From NCBI GenBank assembly GCA_030647355.1, contig JAUSIS010000005.1:1-60893 (forward strand): DNA of 60,893 nucleotides, written 5' to 3'. Source of the stretch: a bacterium (GTDB lineage Bacteria; Patescibacteriota; UBA1384; VFKW01). The notes beneath the pieces were generated by a model. That model did no database searches. It saw nothing but the letters and a program-made list of their open reading frames with translations, and was not told where the DNA came from. The first letter of the stretch is position 1; every line of letters starts with the position of its first letter. The position numbers were made by a program, and so were the translations under genes. Shown piece after piece: positions 36,813 through 46,475 of the stretch.

Positions 36813-39656
36813 TTACTTGATAACCGCTTTTTGGTTTTTGAGAACTGGTTTCAAAAAATTACCGGTATATGATTCCTTGATTTGAGCTACTTCTTCCGGT
36901 GTACCAACTGCCACGATCTTACCACCCTCGTCGCCTCCATCAGGACCCATATCAATCAGCCAATCAGCCGATTTTATCACATCCAAATTATGTTCGATTA
37001 CTAAAACCGTATTACCTTTTTCCACCAATTGCTGGATGACATTTAATAGTCGCTTAATGTCTTCAAAATGAAGACCGGTAGTCGGCTCATCCAAAATATA
37101 CAAAGTCCGTCCCGTATCATGGCGCATCAATTCAGTCGCCAGCTTTATCCTCTGCGCCTCACCACCCGATAAAGTTGTTGCCGGCTGTCCCAATTTCACA
37201 TAACCTAAACCGACCGAGGAGAGCATCTGCAACTTCTCTGCCAGTTGCTCTTCCGACTTGAAAAATTCCAATGCCTCATCCACAGTCATGTCTAAAATTT
37301 GAGCAATATTCTTATTTTTATAGTGTATTTCTAATGCTTCTTTATTATATCTCTGCCCCTTGCACTCTTCGCAGGTAACATAGATATCGGGTAAAAAATG
37401 CATCTCAATCTTAATAACTCCATCTCCTCGGCACGCTTCGCACCGCCCGCCACGCAGATTAAAACTGAAATGTCCAGCTTCAAAATTATGTTTCAAAGCA
37501 TCGTTGGTAGACGCAAATAATTCCCGAATCGGACCGAATATTCCTGTATAAGTTGCCGGATTAGATCTCGGAGTTCGCCCGATAGGGGTCTGATCAATAT
37601 TGATAACTTTATCCAGATTCTCTAGCCCCAAAATTGCCTCATGCTTACCTGGGGTTTCTTGCGCCCTGTGAAAATGTGCCGATAGGGCTTTGGCTAAGAT
37701 ATCCTCAACTAAGGTTGATTTTCCAGAACCAGATACACCTGTTACGCAGACAAATCTATTTAAAGGAATCTCGACAGTTATATTTTTCAAATTAAATTCT
37801 GAAGCTCCCTTAATCGTCAAAAAATCATTTGCTTTGCCGCGCCTCTTTGTCGGAATACTGATCTCTTTCTTGTCCGATAAATACTGACCAGTAAGAGAAT
37901 TCTCATTTGCCATAACTTCTTCCGGGGTTCCAATCGCAACCACCTTCCCCCCATGTTCACCGGCTCCCGGTCCTATATCAATTATATAGTCCGCCTTGCG
38001 CATGGTCTGTTTATCATGTTCAACCACAATAACCGTGTTGCCTATGTCTTTTAACGTAAAAAGCGTTTTAAGTAGTTTTTCATGATCTTTCGGATGCAAA
38101 CCGATGGATGGCTCGTCCAAAATATAGATAACTCCAGTCAACCCGGATCCCAGTTGTGTGGCAAGGCGTATTCTCTGCGCCTCTCCCCCTGCTAATGTCG
38201 AAGCATTGCGGTCAAGCGACAAATATGACAAACCAACATCAATTAAGAATTTCAGTCTGACGCTGATCTCTTTTATAATCTGACTGGAAATAATTTTCTG
38301 TTGTGCAGTTAATTTATTACTGTTTGTTAGATTATTAAAGAAAATAGAACTCTCTTTAATAGTCATCGCATTGACTTCAACTATATTCTTCTCGGCAATA
38401 GTGATGCCGAGAACCTCTTTTCTAAGCCGATGTCCTTCGCAAGTAGTACAAACCTTCTCCACCATATATTTTTCTATTTCTTGTCTTAAATAATCCGAAT
38501 CTGTGTCTTGAAAACGTCGTTCCAAGTTTGGAATAACGCCTTCAAACCTCTCACCTTCCTCCACTGGTTCCCCATATAACACAATATCCACAATCTCCCG
38601 AGATAGTTCGCCCACTGGCAGATCCAAGCTGAATTTATGTTTATTTGAAAGTTGGCTAAGTACTTTATTGTACCAGTTGCTATGGCTGGTAGTTCTGCTC
38701 CATGGTCTAATAGCTCCTTCGGCGATTGTAAGTCTAGGATTAGGTAGAACCAGTTCCGGATCAACGACCAAACGAATTCCCAGCCCTTGGCAAACTGGAC
38801 ACGCACCCTGCGGGCTGTTAAATGAAAATAACCTTGGCTCTATTTCTGGCAATGATTTTCCACAACTACTACACACATACAATTTTGAATATAAAGTTTC
38901 TTCATTAGAATTTTCATCCAAAAAATACAATGTCCCGCCACCCAATTCCAAGCCAGTATTAATACTTTTGGCAATCTTATTAACAAGTTCCAGGTCTTCT
39001 TCAAAAAATTCCTTTACTGTAAAAGTATCAATAATTCCATCAATTGAATGCCCTTTTTGCTTATCAACCTCTAGGCTTAATGCTTCCTCGGTATCCATGA
39101 CGGTGCCATCGTAACGTACTTTGGAAATCTTGGCTTTAGCTAACAATTTTAACTGGTGTTTATGCTCGCCTCTCCTGTCCTTAATAACAGGGGCAATTAA
39201 CGAAAACTTAATATCTCTCTTGCCCTTAATTGTGCTTAATATCTTCTGTAATATTTCTTCGGGTGTCTGTTTTCCAACTACCGTGCCGCAATCAGGACAA
39301 TGAGGCAGCCCCACTCTCGCAAAAAGTAATCTTAAATAATCATAAATTTCCGTAATTGTACCAACGGTAGATCGGCGATTTCTGGTAGCTGATTTTTGAT
39401 CAATGGAAATAGCCGGTGACAACCCTTCAATATAATCAACATCCGGTTTTTCGAGTACACCCAAAAATTGGCGAGCATAGCTAGATAAGCTCTCCACATA
39501 ACGTCTTTGTCCCTCGGCAAATATAGTGTCAAATGCCAGCGAGGATTTCCCGGACCCGGAAAGTCCGGTAATAACTGTTAGTTTATTACGAATAATATCT
39601 ACCGATATATTCTTTAGGTTGTGAACCCTTGCCCCGACGACGCGAATCTTATCCAT
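36813..39656 (-). CDS. uvrA: excinuclease ABC subunit A
   Basis: 947 aa. Two ABC ATPase modules ([18 protein letters not shown]) and zinc-finger Cys clusters. Confidence 0.97.
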   Translation of the reverse strand: MDKIRVVGARVHNLKNISVDIIRNKLTVITGLSGSGKSSLAFDTIFAEGQRRYVESLSSYARQFLGVLEKPDVDYIEGLSPAISIDQKSATRNRRSTVGTITEIYDYLRLLFARVGLPHCPDCGTVVGKQTPEEILQKILSTIKGKRDIKFSLIAPVIKDRRGEHKHQLKLLAKAKISKVRYDGTVMDTEEALSLEVDKQKGHSIDGIIDTFTVKEFFEEDLELVNKIAKSINTGLELGGGTLYFLDENSNEETLYSKLYVCSSCGKSLPEIEPRLFSFNSPQGACPVCQGLGIRLVVDPELVLPNPRLTIAEGAIRPWSRTTSHSNWYNKVLSQLSNKHKFSLDLPVGELSREIVDIVLYGEPVEEGERFEGVIPNLERRFQDTDSDYLRQEIEKYMVEKVCTTCEGHRLRKEVLGITIAEKNIVEVNAMTIKESSIFFNNLTNSNKLTAQQKIISSQIIKEISVRLKFLIDVGLSYLSLDRNASTLAGGEAQRIRLATQLGSGLTGVIYILDEPSIGLHPKDHEKLLKTLFTLKDIGNTVIVVEHDKQTMRKADYIIDIGPGAGEHGGKVVAIGTPEEVMANENSLTGQYLSDKKEISIPTKRRGKANDFLTIKGASEFNLKNITVEIPLNRFVCVTGVSGSGKSTLVEDILAKALSAHFHRAQETPGKHEAILGLENLDKVINIDQTPIGRTPRSNPATYTGIFGPIRELFASTNDALKHNFEAGHFSFNLRGGRCEACRGDGVIKIEMHFLPDIYVTCEECKGQRYNKEALEIHYKNKNIAQILDMTVDEALEFFKSEEQLAEKLQMLSSVGLGYVKLGQPATTLSGGEAQRIKLATELMRHDTGRTLYILDEPTTGLHFEDIKRLLNVIQQLVEKGNTVLVIEHNLDVIKSADWLIDMGPDGGDEGGKIVAVGTPEEVAQIKESYTGNFLKPVLKNQKAVIK

Positions 39657-39812
39657 TCGAGCTAGCTCCCTTAAGTTGACGCAAGTAGTATAACATAATT
39701 ATGTACAATGTACAAGATGCCATAGTGGGATATTTACACTCAGCTCTTGTCTTTCTAAGATAAATACCATAAAATTATATAAGATGTTACCAGCTAACCC
39801 AAGGAGGGAATC

Positions 39813-40193
39813 ATGCTCAGATCGGCTAAAGACAAAGGTGTAAATTCAAGAACAATCATTGGCGCAGATGTTAAAATGATAGGCTCGCTTAAGGATTCAG
39901 GTTCAATTATTATCAACGGACACGCTCAAGGTGAAATCTTTTCAGACGATTGCGTATTTGTGGGCGAGCAAGCTCACATAGAAGGGCCTATTTTCGCTAA
40001 AGATGTGATAATCTGCGGCAAAGTGGACGGGGAGATAAAAGCATCTGAGAGGTTGGAAATTGCCCCGACAGGCAAAATTAACGGTAGAATTGAAGCCAAA
40101 ATACTCTCCGTCAGCCCGGGTGCCTTTTTTATTGGTCAATGTAAAATGACTGAGAGTGATGCCTTGGAAGAACTCGCTTCCGAAGCAAAGTAA
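39813..40193 (+). CDS. bactofilin family protein
   Basis: It has the repetitive beta-helix pattern (G.I.G....V.G.V.G.I) typical of DUF583. Confidence 0.8.
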   Translation: MLRSAKDKGVNSRTIIGADVKMIGSLKDSGSIIINGHAQGEIFSDDCVFVGEQAHIEGPIFAKDVIICGKVDGEIKASERLEIAPTGKINGRIEAKILSVSPGAFFIGQCKMTESDALEELASEAK

Positions 40194-40208
40194 AGTTAGG
40201 GTATTGAT

Positions 40209-40931
40209 ATGTATTATTATATTCTCGATTACGCACATAACCAAAGACAGACAAATTTTCATAAAAAACTCAAACAAGTTTTATCCGACTTAAATATTAA
40301 CGGAGAAATGGCAATTTCAAGCCCCGCTCGCGGACCTGAAGAAATTGCCCAAATGGCTCTTGACCGCGGCTATACTACCATTGTCGCTGTAGGAGGCGAT
40401 CTATTAGTGAATCGTTTGGTCTCGGTGATTGCTGGAAGCCAAGCCGCGCTAGGAGTTATTCCCTATGATCTTTCTTCGGATTTGGGGGACTTATTTTGTG
40501 GTAACGACCTAAAAGGTGCCTGCCTAAAATTAAGACAGCGAAAGACTCATTTAATAAAACCGGGACTAATGCACCCTAATACATATTTTCTTTCTAACAT
40601 TTCAGTTAAGGCTGAAAAACCAATAAAAACTATTCTTGAGGTAGATGAAAAATACGCCCTTGAAGCCGTAATTAATGATTTATCAATAAGTAGAGAACTT
40701 CAGGGGCAGTTCCTTACCGTAGGCACTGAACACAAATCACCATGGTGGAAACGTTCTACCAAAAAAGATGATAAACTAAGCGTTTTTCAAGCATCAAGTT
40801 CTATATCTATATCCACCCTAGCTCCAATCTCGGTTACAATTTGCGATTATGAAGTTGCTAAAACTCCAACCAGACTGTCACAGGCAGATGAAGTATTGAA
40901 AATAATTGTCAGTCGTGATATAATCCAGTAG
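40209..40931 (+). CDS. diacylglycerol/lipid kinase (YegS-like) family protein, divergent
   Basis: TIVAVGGDLLVN resembles the DAGK catalytic GGDG region, but the GT residues are absent. Confidence 0.45.
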   Translation: MYYYILDYAHNQRQTNFHKKLKQVLSDLNINGEMAISSPARGPEEIAQMALDRGYTTIVAVGGDLLVNRLVSVIAGSQAALGVIPYDLSSDLGDLFCGNDLKGACLKLRQRKTHLIKPGLMHPNTYFLSNISVKAEKPIKTILEVDEKYALEAVINDLSISRELQGQFLTVGTEHKSPWWKRSTKKDDKLSVFQASSSISISTLAPISVTICDYEVAKTPTRLSQADEVLKIIVSRDIIQ

Positions 40932-40966
40932 AAAATACGAAGACCAATTCGAAATTAGGAGTATTT

Positions 40967-41494
40967 ATCCAAAATTCATCTCGCACCAACCAAGAAATCA
41001 CCGCCCCGGAAGTTCGGCTTATTGATGAAAATAATCAACAGTTGGGAATAGTTAATCTGGATCAAGCTCTTTATCTGGCCTACGAAAAAGACCTGGATTT
41101 GGTTGAAGTTTCATCGCATGCAGTCCCACCTGTGTGCCGGATTATTGATTATAGTAAATTTAAATATGAACAGGAGAAACAAGAGCGCCAACAGAGGGTT
41201 AAAGGTAAGGCGCCTGAATTAAAGGAGATTCGTCTGTCATTTAAAATAGGCGAACACGATCTTCAGGTGAAGGCTAAGCGGGCAAAAGAATTTATGGATA
41301 AGGGAAGCAAAGTTCGCATAAATCTACAGCTTAGAGGGCGCGAGATGATGTTCCAAGACAAGGCTCTAGAAATGATGGATCGTTTCCGACAGATAATTGG
41401 CGCAGAGTTTGAACAATCACCATCAAGACTGGGCAATCGGTTTAATGCTATATTGAAGAGAGGAAAAGAAGATGCCAAAACTAAAGACAGTTAA
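40967..41494 (+). CDS. infC: translation initiation factor IF-3 (non-AUG start)
   Basis: The N-terminal IF-3 sequence (TNQEITAPEVRLIDENNQQLG) is encoded in-frame upstream of the first ATG/TTG. ATC at 40967 follows AGGAG. Confidence 0.85.
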   Translation: MQNSSRTNQEITAPEVRLIDENNQQLGIVNLDQALYLAYEKDLDLVEVSSHAVPPVCRIIDYSKFKYEQEKQERQQRVKGKAPELKEIRLSFKIGEHDLQVKAKRAKEFMDKGSKVRINLQLRGREMMFQDKALEMMDRFRQIIGAEFEQSPSRLGNRFNAILKRGKEDAKTKDS

Positions 41495-41672
41495 ATCCGC
41501 AAAAAAAAGAGTTGTTGGCATAACCAAAGCTGGCAAAATTCGCGTAAGGAAACTTTCCGCCCAACATCTGGCAATGAATAAATCTTCACGGGCCAGGCGG
41601 CAGTCGAAACAAACGTCAACTTTAGGTAATACTGAATCTAAAAAAGTTCAGAGAATGATTCCATATAATTAA
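41472..41672 (+). CDS. rpmI: 50S ribosomal protein L35
   Basis: MPKLKTVKSAKKR... matches L35. The infC-rpmI-rplT gene order is conserved. Confidence 0.95.
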   Translation: MPKLKTVKSAKKRVVGITKAGKIRVRKLSAQHLAMNKSSRARRQSKQTSTLGNTESKKVQRMIPYN

Positions 41673-41695
41673 ACCAAAGATAGACTAGGAGCAAA

Positions 41696-42058
41696 ATGCC
41701 ACGAGTGAAACGCGGTACTATGGTGCGTAAAAGACATAAGAAAATGCTGGCACTGACCAAAGGTTATAGGCATGGCCGTAATAATCTATTTAAACGAGCA
41801 AAAGAAGCATTTTTGAAAGCCGGCCAACATGCTTTTCGCGATAGACGAACCAAAAAAAGAGAATTTAGAAAACTCTGGATAATTAAAATAAACGCCGCCG
41901 CACGCCTACATGGCATGACATATAGTGAATTAATACCGGGACTCCAAAAAGCTAAAATAAATCTTGATCGTAAAGTTCTAGCCGAGCTAGCCGTCAGCCA
42001 GCCGGAAGAATTTTCTAAAATCGTCGAAAAAGTAAAAACACAAATCGCAACGAAATAA
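41696..42058 (+). CDS. rplT: 50S ribosomal protein L20
   Basis: [16 protein letters not shown]... Confidence 0.97.
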   Translation: MPRVKRGTMVRKRHKKMLALTKGYRHGRNNLFKRAKEAFLKAGQHAFRDRRTKKREFRKLWIIKINAAARLHGMTYSELIPGLQKAKINLDRKVLAELAVSQPEEFSKIVEKVKTQIATK

Positions 42059-42091
42059 TTCCCCTATAACAAAAATGACTTACTTTCTAGG

Positions 42092-42832
42092 TCATTTTTG
42101 TTTTGACCAACCTTTTATATATAATGACTTTTCAAAAATCAATATCCGAAAAGGTTTCGTTCTAAATCGATTTAGAACAAATAATAGTACAATTATAAAT
42201 ACCAAAAATGAAAACCACAAATTAATATTACTCAAAATGGAGTTCAGACCATTTTGCATTATTTCGGATAGAATATTGTACAGACTGAAAGAAACCAGAC
42301 CAATTATATACATCAATCCGGAGAATATTCTTATTTTTGCGAATTTCAAAAAGACTAAACTCAGCAATATGACACTAAAATATATAACTGTAAAATCCGA
42401 AATATTTTCTGTACTCACCAATCGAAAACCCAGACTTCCGGCGGTAAAACTGGCTACAAAACCAAGCATCGCACTATCTAACCAAGTAGATATATTATCC
42501 TCGTATTTTATCACGTACCACAGTATAAATATACTCGCGGCAATAATTCCTCCATAAGCTGTCAAGCCGCTCTGCCAAAAGTAAAACATTTGCCAAAAAG
42601 ATTCAAACTTAAAATAATTTAGCAAAAAATAAATACAACGTGCTCCGGCCAATCCAACCAAAGCGATATATAATAAGGTATCAAACTTATTGGGTGTCTT
42701 GCTTCTAAAACCCAAAACCGCAACCCAACTCACTAGTAGTCCTAAAATAAAACTGGCATAAATTACTACCCCAAAAGTATAAAAATTTATCCCACCTATA
42801 TTAAATAAAACCACTTGCATTTTCCCCTCCAT
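42092..42832 (-). CDS. lgt: prolipoprotein diacylglyceryl transferase-like membrane protein
   Basis: Multi-TM protein. GARCIYFL and WQSGLTAYGGIIA resemble the Lgt motifs GAR..Y and W.GG...GG. Confidence 0.5.
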   Translation of the reverse strand: MEGKMQVVLFNIGGINFYTFGVVIYASFILGLLVSWVAVLGFRSKTPNKFDTLLYIALVGLAGARCIYFLLNYFKFESFWQMFYFWQSGLTAYGGIIAASIFILWYVIKYEDNISTWLDSAMLGFVASFTAGSLGFRLVSTENISDFTVIYFSVILLSLVFLKFAKIRIFSGLMYIIGLVSFSLYNILSEIMQNGLNSILSNINLWFSFLVFIIVLLFVLNRFRTKPFRILIFEKSLYIKGWSKQK

Positions 42833-42960
42833 TTCTATTTAATCAAAAATGAAGGGCAATTGAAAGGGCGAAACTGGTTGAAAAATATAAGCAAGCAAGG
42901 TAAAATGGGAATATATATGCACGTGTAGCTCGGTTGGTTAGAAAGTCCCTCACCTTTTCT

Positions 42961-43035
42961 GGGCAGTTAGCTCAGCGGTAGAGCGCCTCGTTCACATCGA
43001 GGAGGTCACTGGTTCAAATCCAGTACTGCCCACCA
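42961..43035 (+). tRNA. tRNA-Val (anticodon CAC), CCA encoded
   Basis: Acceptor GGGCAGT/ACTGCCC, anticodon arm CCTCG-TTCACAT-CGAGG. It is preceded at 42919-42955 by an unrelated tRNA 5' fragment (gcacgtgtagctcggttggttaga). Confidence 0.9.
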
Positions 43036-43087
43036 ATCTCGCCTAAATGACCAAATAAGTACTCATCTAGTTGCTAAAAAGAACCAA

Positions 43088-44524
43088 TTGTGCTATTATC
43101 GCAATCAGCTAAGCAATAGCACAATTGGTATGCGTAGCCATATTTTAGCACCTTCCAACATTCAAACTCGGTGCAAGGGGGAACAAGACTTGAAGACCAG
43201 ATACAGGAATTTTCAGGAGTCGGGGGAAAAACGAATCGTTGTCTGCGGCATGGGTGCGGTTACCACTCTGGGCAATTACGGTCCGGACAATGACGAGTTG
43301 TGGCGATCACTGCTGGCAGGCAAGACGGGCTTCAGGCATCTCCATCCCATCGATCCGCAAGACCCGGAGAACAGCTTTGGGATCAAGGCTCAAGTTGTTG
43401 GTGATCTGTTCGGGTTCGATCCAGAGCAATATAAGGATGATCGGGAATGGAGCCGCAGGCCGAATTTCACAGGGTTGGACAAGGCCATCCAAATCGGTTT
43501 GGTCGCATCCAACTATGCTGTGTCCTCTCTGGACATGAGCAAAGTGGATCCAGAAAGAGCCGCTGTATCGGTTGGCATCGGTCTGGGCGGCGGGCGTTCT
43601 TCCGAGGCGAGTCTCAAGAGCTTTCTCGCCAGAGGTCCAAATATACAGATGGGCAACGCCGTCGTCAACACCATGCCAAATGGATTGGCCGGTAGAGCCA
43701 GTATCTGCTTCCAATTCAAAGGACCGTCGTTCGCCACGCCGGCTGCTTGCGCAAGTTCCTTGTATGCACTGTTTGCCGCCTGCGACATGGTCAAGTTGGG
43801 GAGAACTGATGTAGTTCTTGTGATTGGCACCGAAGCATGTGCCACGCCTCACTACTTGGCGACATTCCAGAGAATAAATGCCCTGACATACTCAAGCTCT
43901 CTCAACGCTTCGATGCCCTTCGGCTTGGGGCGGGATGGCTTTGTCATGTCAGAAGGTGCCGGTGCCCTGATCATTACCAGTCTCGAATACGCCAAGAAGA
44001 TGGGTTGGCCGATCGTCGCCGAAATCGCCGGCTATGCGGCAAATAGCGGTGCTCAAGACATCGTCGTTCCCAACTCCCAAGGAACACGCCGATGTATGGA
44101 GCTAGCTCTGGAAGATGCTCGGCTTGATCCAGCCCAGATTGATGCAATCAATGCCCACGGTACCTCAACCCCCGAAGGCGATCTTCGGGAGGCAGAGGCG
44201 ATAAGTCGAGTGTTCGGTAATGATCCAAGCTGGAATCCCTTCGTATGGTCAACGAAAGCCAACCTCGGCCACCTCCTCGGAGGTGCCGGGATGGTCGAAT
44301 CAATCGTATCTATAATGACTCTGGTAACCGGCAAGATCCATCCGATGGGCGAATATGCTTTGGATCGAGACTGTCTCTTCCCGTGCACAGAGGCGACGCC
44401 GAATGGCTTGCCTCTTAACATAGTAACAGGAGGAGCTGAGTTGGATAAGAGACGGACTGCCGTTATGAACAGCTCGTTTGGGTTCGGCGATACCAACGGG
44501 TCTGTGATCTTCACTCAGGTATAA
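43088..44524 (+). CDS. beta-ketoacyl-[ACP] synthase (KAS I/II-like); start codon uncertain
   Basis: Cys-His-His triad context: AACASS, HGTSTPEGD and NLGHLLGGAG. It is strongly GC-richer than its neighbours. Confidence 0.85.
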   Translation: MCYYRNQLSNSTIGMRSHILAPSNIQTRCKGEQDLKTRYRNFQESGEKRIVVCGMGAVTTLGNYGPDNDELWRSLLAGKTGFRHLHPIDPQDPENSFGIKAQVVGDLFGFDPEQYKDDREWSRRPNFTGLDKAIQIGLVASNYAVSSLDMSKVDPERAAVSVGIGLGGGRSSEASLKSFLARGPNIQMGNAVVNTMPNGLAGRASICFQFKGPSFATPAACASSLYALFAACDMVKLGRTDVVLVIGTEACATPHYLATFQRINALTYSSSLNASMPFGLGRDGFVMSEGAGALIITSLEYAKKMGWPIVAEIAGYAANSGAQDIVVPNSQGTRRCMELALEDARLDPAQIDAINAHGTSTPEGDLREAEAISRVFGNDPSWNPFVWSTKANLGHLLGGAGMVESIVSIMTLVTGKIHPMGEYALDRDCLFPCTEATPNGLPLNIVTGGAELDKRRTAVMNSSFGFGDTNGSVIFTQV

Positions 44525-44543
44525 TGGAAGTACCGAAACTGCA

Positions 44544-44564
44544 GGCGCCCTCAGGGCGCCTTTT
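44544..44564 (+). terminator. intrinsic terminator (GGCGCCC-TCA-GGGCGCC + T4)
   Basis: Read directly from the sequence, downstream of the KAS gene. Confidence 0.7.
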
Positions 44565-44643
44565 ATAATCAATTGCAATAAATCGCTATTTACGAATCTG
44601 TCTATGTAGGAGATAATAATTGAGGATTTAAAAAGGAGTTAAT

Positions 44644-45237
44644 TTGGCTAATAAGTTTTTAATTTTTTTTATAGAATTACTCAAAACTGTCGCAATAGTA
44701 TTCGTGCTGGCCTTTATCATCCGCTACTTTGTTATACAGCCCTTCGTTATCGAAGGTAATAGTATGGAACCTGACTTCCATGATCGTCAGCTTATTCTGA
44801 TTAATAAACTCTCCTACCGGATTCACAATCCTAACCGTGGAGATGTAATCGTTTTTGAGAGTCCCCAAAACCATTCCATATACTACATAAAACGAATTAT
44901 TGGAATACCCGGTGACGAAATTCAACTTAAAGAAGGCGATGTTTATCTAAATGGAGAAAAAATTGATGAACCATATTTAAGCCTCGGGCAAAAAACAACG
45001 GCTGATACTTCTGCAACTGGAACTTTAGATGTCACGGTCGGCCGAGATCAGTTCTTTGTTATGGGTGATAACCGTGATCAATCATCCGATTCGCGGGAAT
45101 GGGGATTGTTAGATAAAAATCTTATTTCCGGGAAGTTCTTAGTAGTAATATATCCTCGCGATAGCTGGTACTCTCAAGCTAACCAAAATGCGAGCGAATT
45201 CTCTCAACTAAAATATCAACACTCTTCCCAGTCTTAG
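44644..45237 (+). CDS. lepB: signal peptidase I
   Basis: GNSMEP, RGDVIVF, YIKRIIGIPGD and GDNRDQSSDSR motifs. The start codon is TTG. Confidence 0.9.
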   Translation: MANKFLIFFIELLKTVAIVFVLAFIIRYFVIQPFVIEGNSMEPDFHDRQLILINKLSYRIHNPNRGDVIVFESPQNHSIYYIKRIIGIPGDEIQLKEGDVYLNGEKIDEPYLSLGQKTTADTSATGTLDVTVGRDQFFVMGDNRDQSSDSREWGLLDKNLISGKFLVVIYPRDSWYSQANQNASEFSQLKYQHSSQS

Positions 45238-46237
45238 CCGAAATGTAGACGAAGGGTAATTTCGAGATAAAGCTAAATTTGTCTATATTTATGCTGTCAG
45301 GTGCAGCCACGTCAACCTTATTAATTGCTAAAATAACGGGTTTACCTGCTTCCAATGCTTGTGTAATTAAATGCACATCGCCTCGCACGAATCCTTCAAT
45401 CCCGTCGATCAAAACAACTACCAAGTCGCTCTCCTTGATAGCACGGACTGTCCTTAAAACACTAAACTTTTCAACCCCGCGTTCAATACGGCCTCGTTTT
45501 CTGATTCCGGCAGTGTCAATTAATATAAAATTATCATCACCGATGGTGACCTTGGAGCTAACCGAATCTCTTGTTGTTCCGGGGACCTCGCTTACAACAG
45601 CTCTTTCCGATTGCGTAATCTGATTTAATAGTGTTGATTTACCCGTATTCGGCCTCCCAATTAAAGCTATTTTGGGAATGTGATTGATTTCCCGTTTGGA
45701 TGTAATAAATACCGACTGGCTCATTATACTATCTGCTATTTTATCCAGTACCTCCGCAACACCCGTGCCGTGTATTGCTGAAATTGGCCACGGTTCTCCT
45801 AGGCCGAATGAATAATACTCTGGCAGTCTCTCTCGTACCCTGGGACTCTCAGCTTTATTCACGACTAGAAGGACTATTTTACGGCTCTTGCGAAGTTTCT
45901 CGGCAATTTCTCGATCAGTTTTATCTATTCTGTCGGCGCCGTCTGTTATAAATAAAATAATGTCTGCATCTAATATCGCTTCGCTAACCTGTTTATATAT
46001 ATTTTGCGCCAATTCATCTTTTTTCTCGACATCGTCAAGTCCGGCAGTATCGATTAACATAAAAGTTTTCCCTTGCCAATCTACCTCCGCAATAATACAG
46101 TCTCTAGTAGTCCCGGCAATTTTTGAGGTTATAGATACTCTTCTGCCAAGTAGCTTATTAAAGAAGGTCGATTTCCCGACATTGGGCTTACCGACTATCG
46201 CTACAATTGGGTATCCTGACATTTGTTTATTTAGCAT
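45179..46237 (-). CDS. der: ribosome-associated GTPase Der/EngA, two G-domains, no KH domain
   Basis: GKPNVGKST and GRPNTGKST P-loops. The ORF ends right after the second G-domain. Confidence 0.85.
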   Translation of the reverse strand: MLNKQMSGYPIVAIVGKPNVGKSTFFNKLLGRRVSITSKIAGTTRDCIIAEVDWQGKTFMLIDTAGLDDVEKKDELAQNIYKQVSEAILDADIILFITDGADRIDKTDREIAEKLRKSRKIVLLVVNKAESPRVRERLPEYYSFGLGEPWPISAIHGTGVAEVLDKIADSIMSQSVFITSKREINHIPKIALIGRPNTGKSTLLNQITQSERAVVSEVPGTTRDSVSSKVTIGDDNFILIDTAGIRKRGRIERGVEKFSVLRTVRAIKESDLVVVLIDGIEGFVRGDVHLITQALEAGKPVILAINKVDVAAPDSINIDKFSFISKLPFVYISAKTGKSVDILVERIRSHFG

Positions 46238-46397
46238 ACTCACACCATTGTATAAGAATAAATCAATTAACACACTATTATATAATAAATAACCCCTCAA
46301 GTCAATCTAAAATTAGTCAAATAAAGATCAACTAAGGTTGAAAAATCTCCGAGATTTTAGTATAATAATCCATGTAAAACAAAATTTTGCAAACTTT

Positions 46398-46474
46398 GCG
46401 CCCTTAGCTCAGCTGGATAGAGCGTGTGGCTTCGGACCACAAGGCCGGGGGTTCAAATCCTCCAGGGCGCGCCA
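46398..46474 (+). tRNA. tRNA-Arg (anticodon TCG), CCA encoded
   Basis: Acceptor GCGCCCT/AGGGCGC, anticodon arm TGTGG-CTTCGGA-CCACA. Confidence 0.85.
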
Positions 46475-46475
46475 C

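Noticed and set aside
43239-44578. Numerous 69-181-aa ORFs in other frames and strands within the KAS gene
   Set aside because: They are typical GC-rich shadow ORFs. The KAS frame has full-length family motifs.
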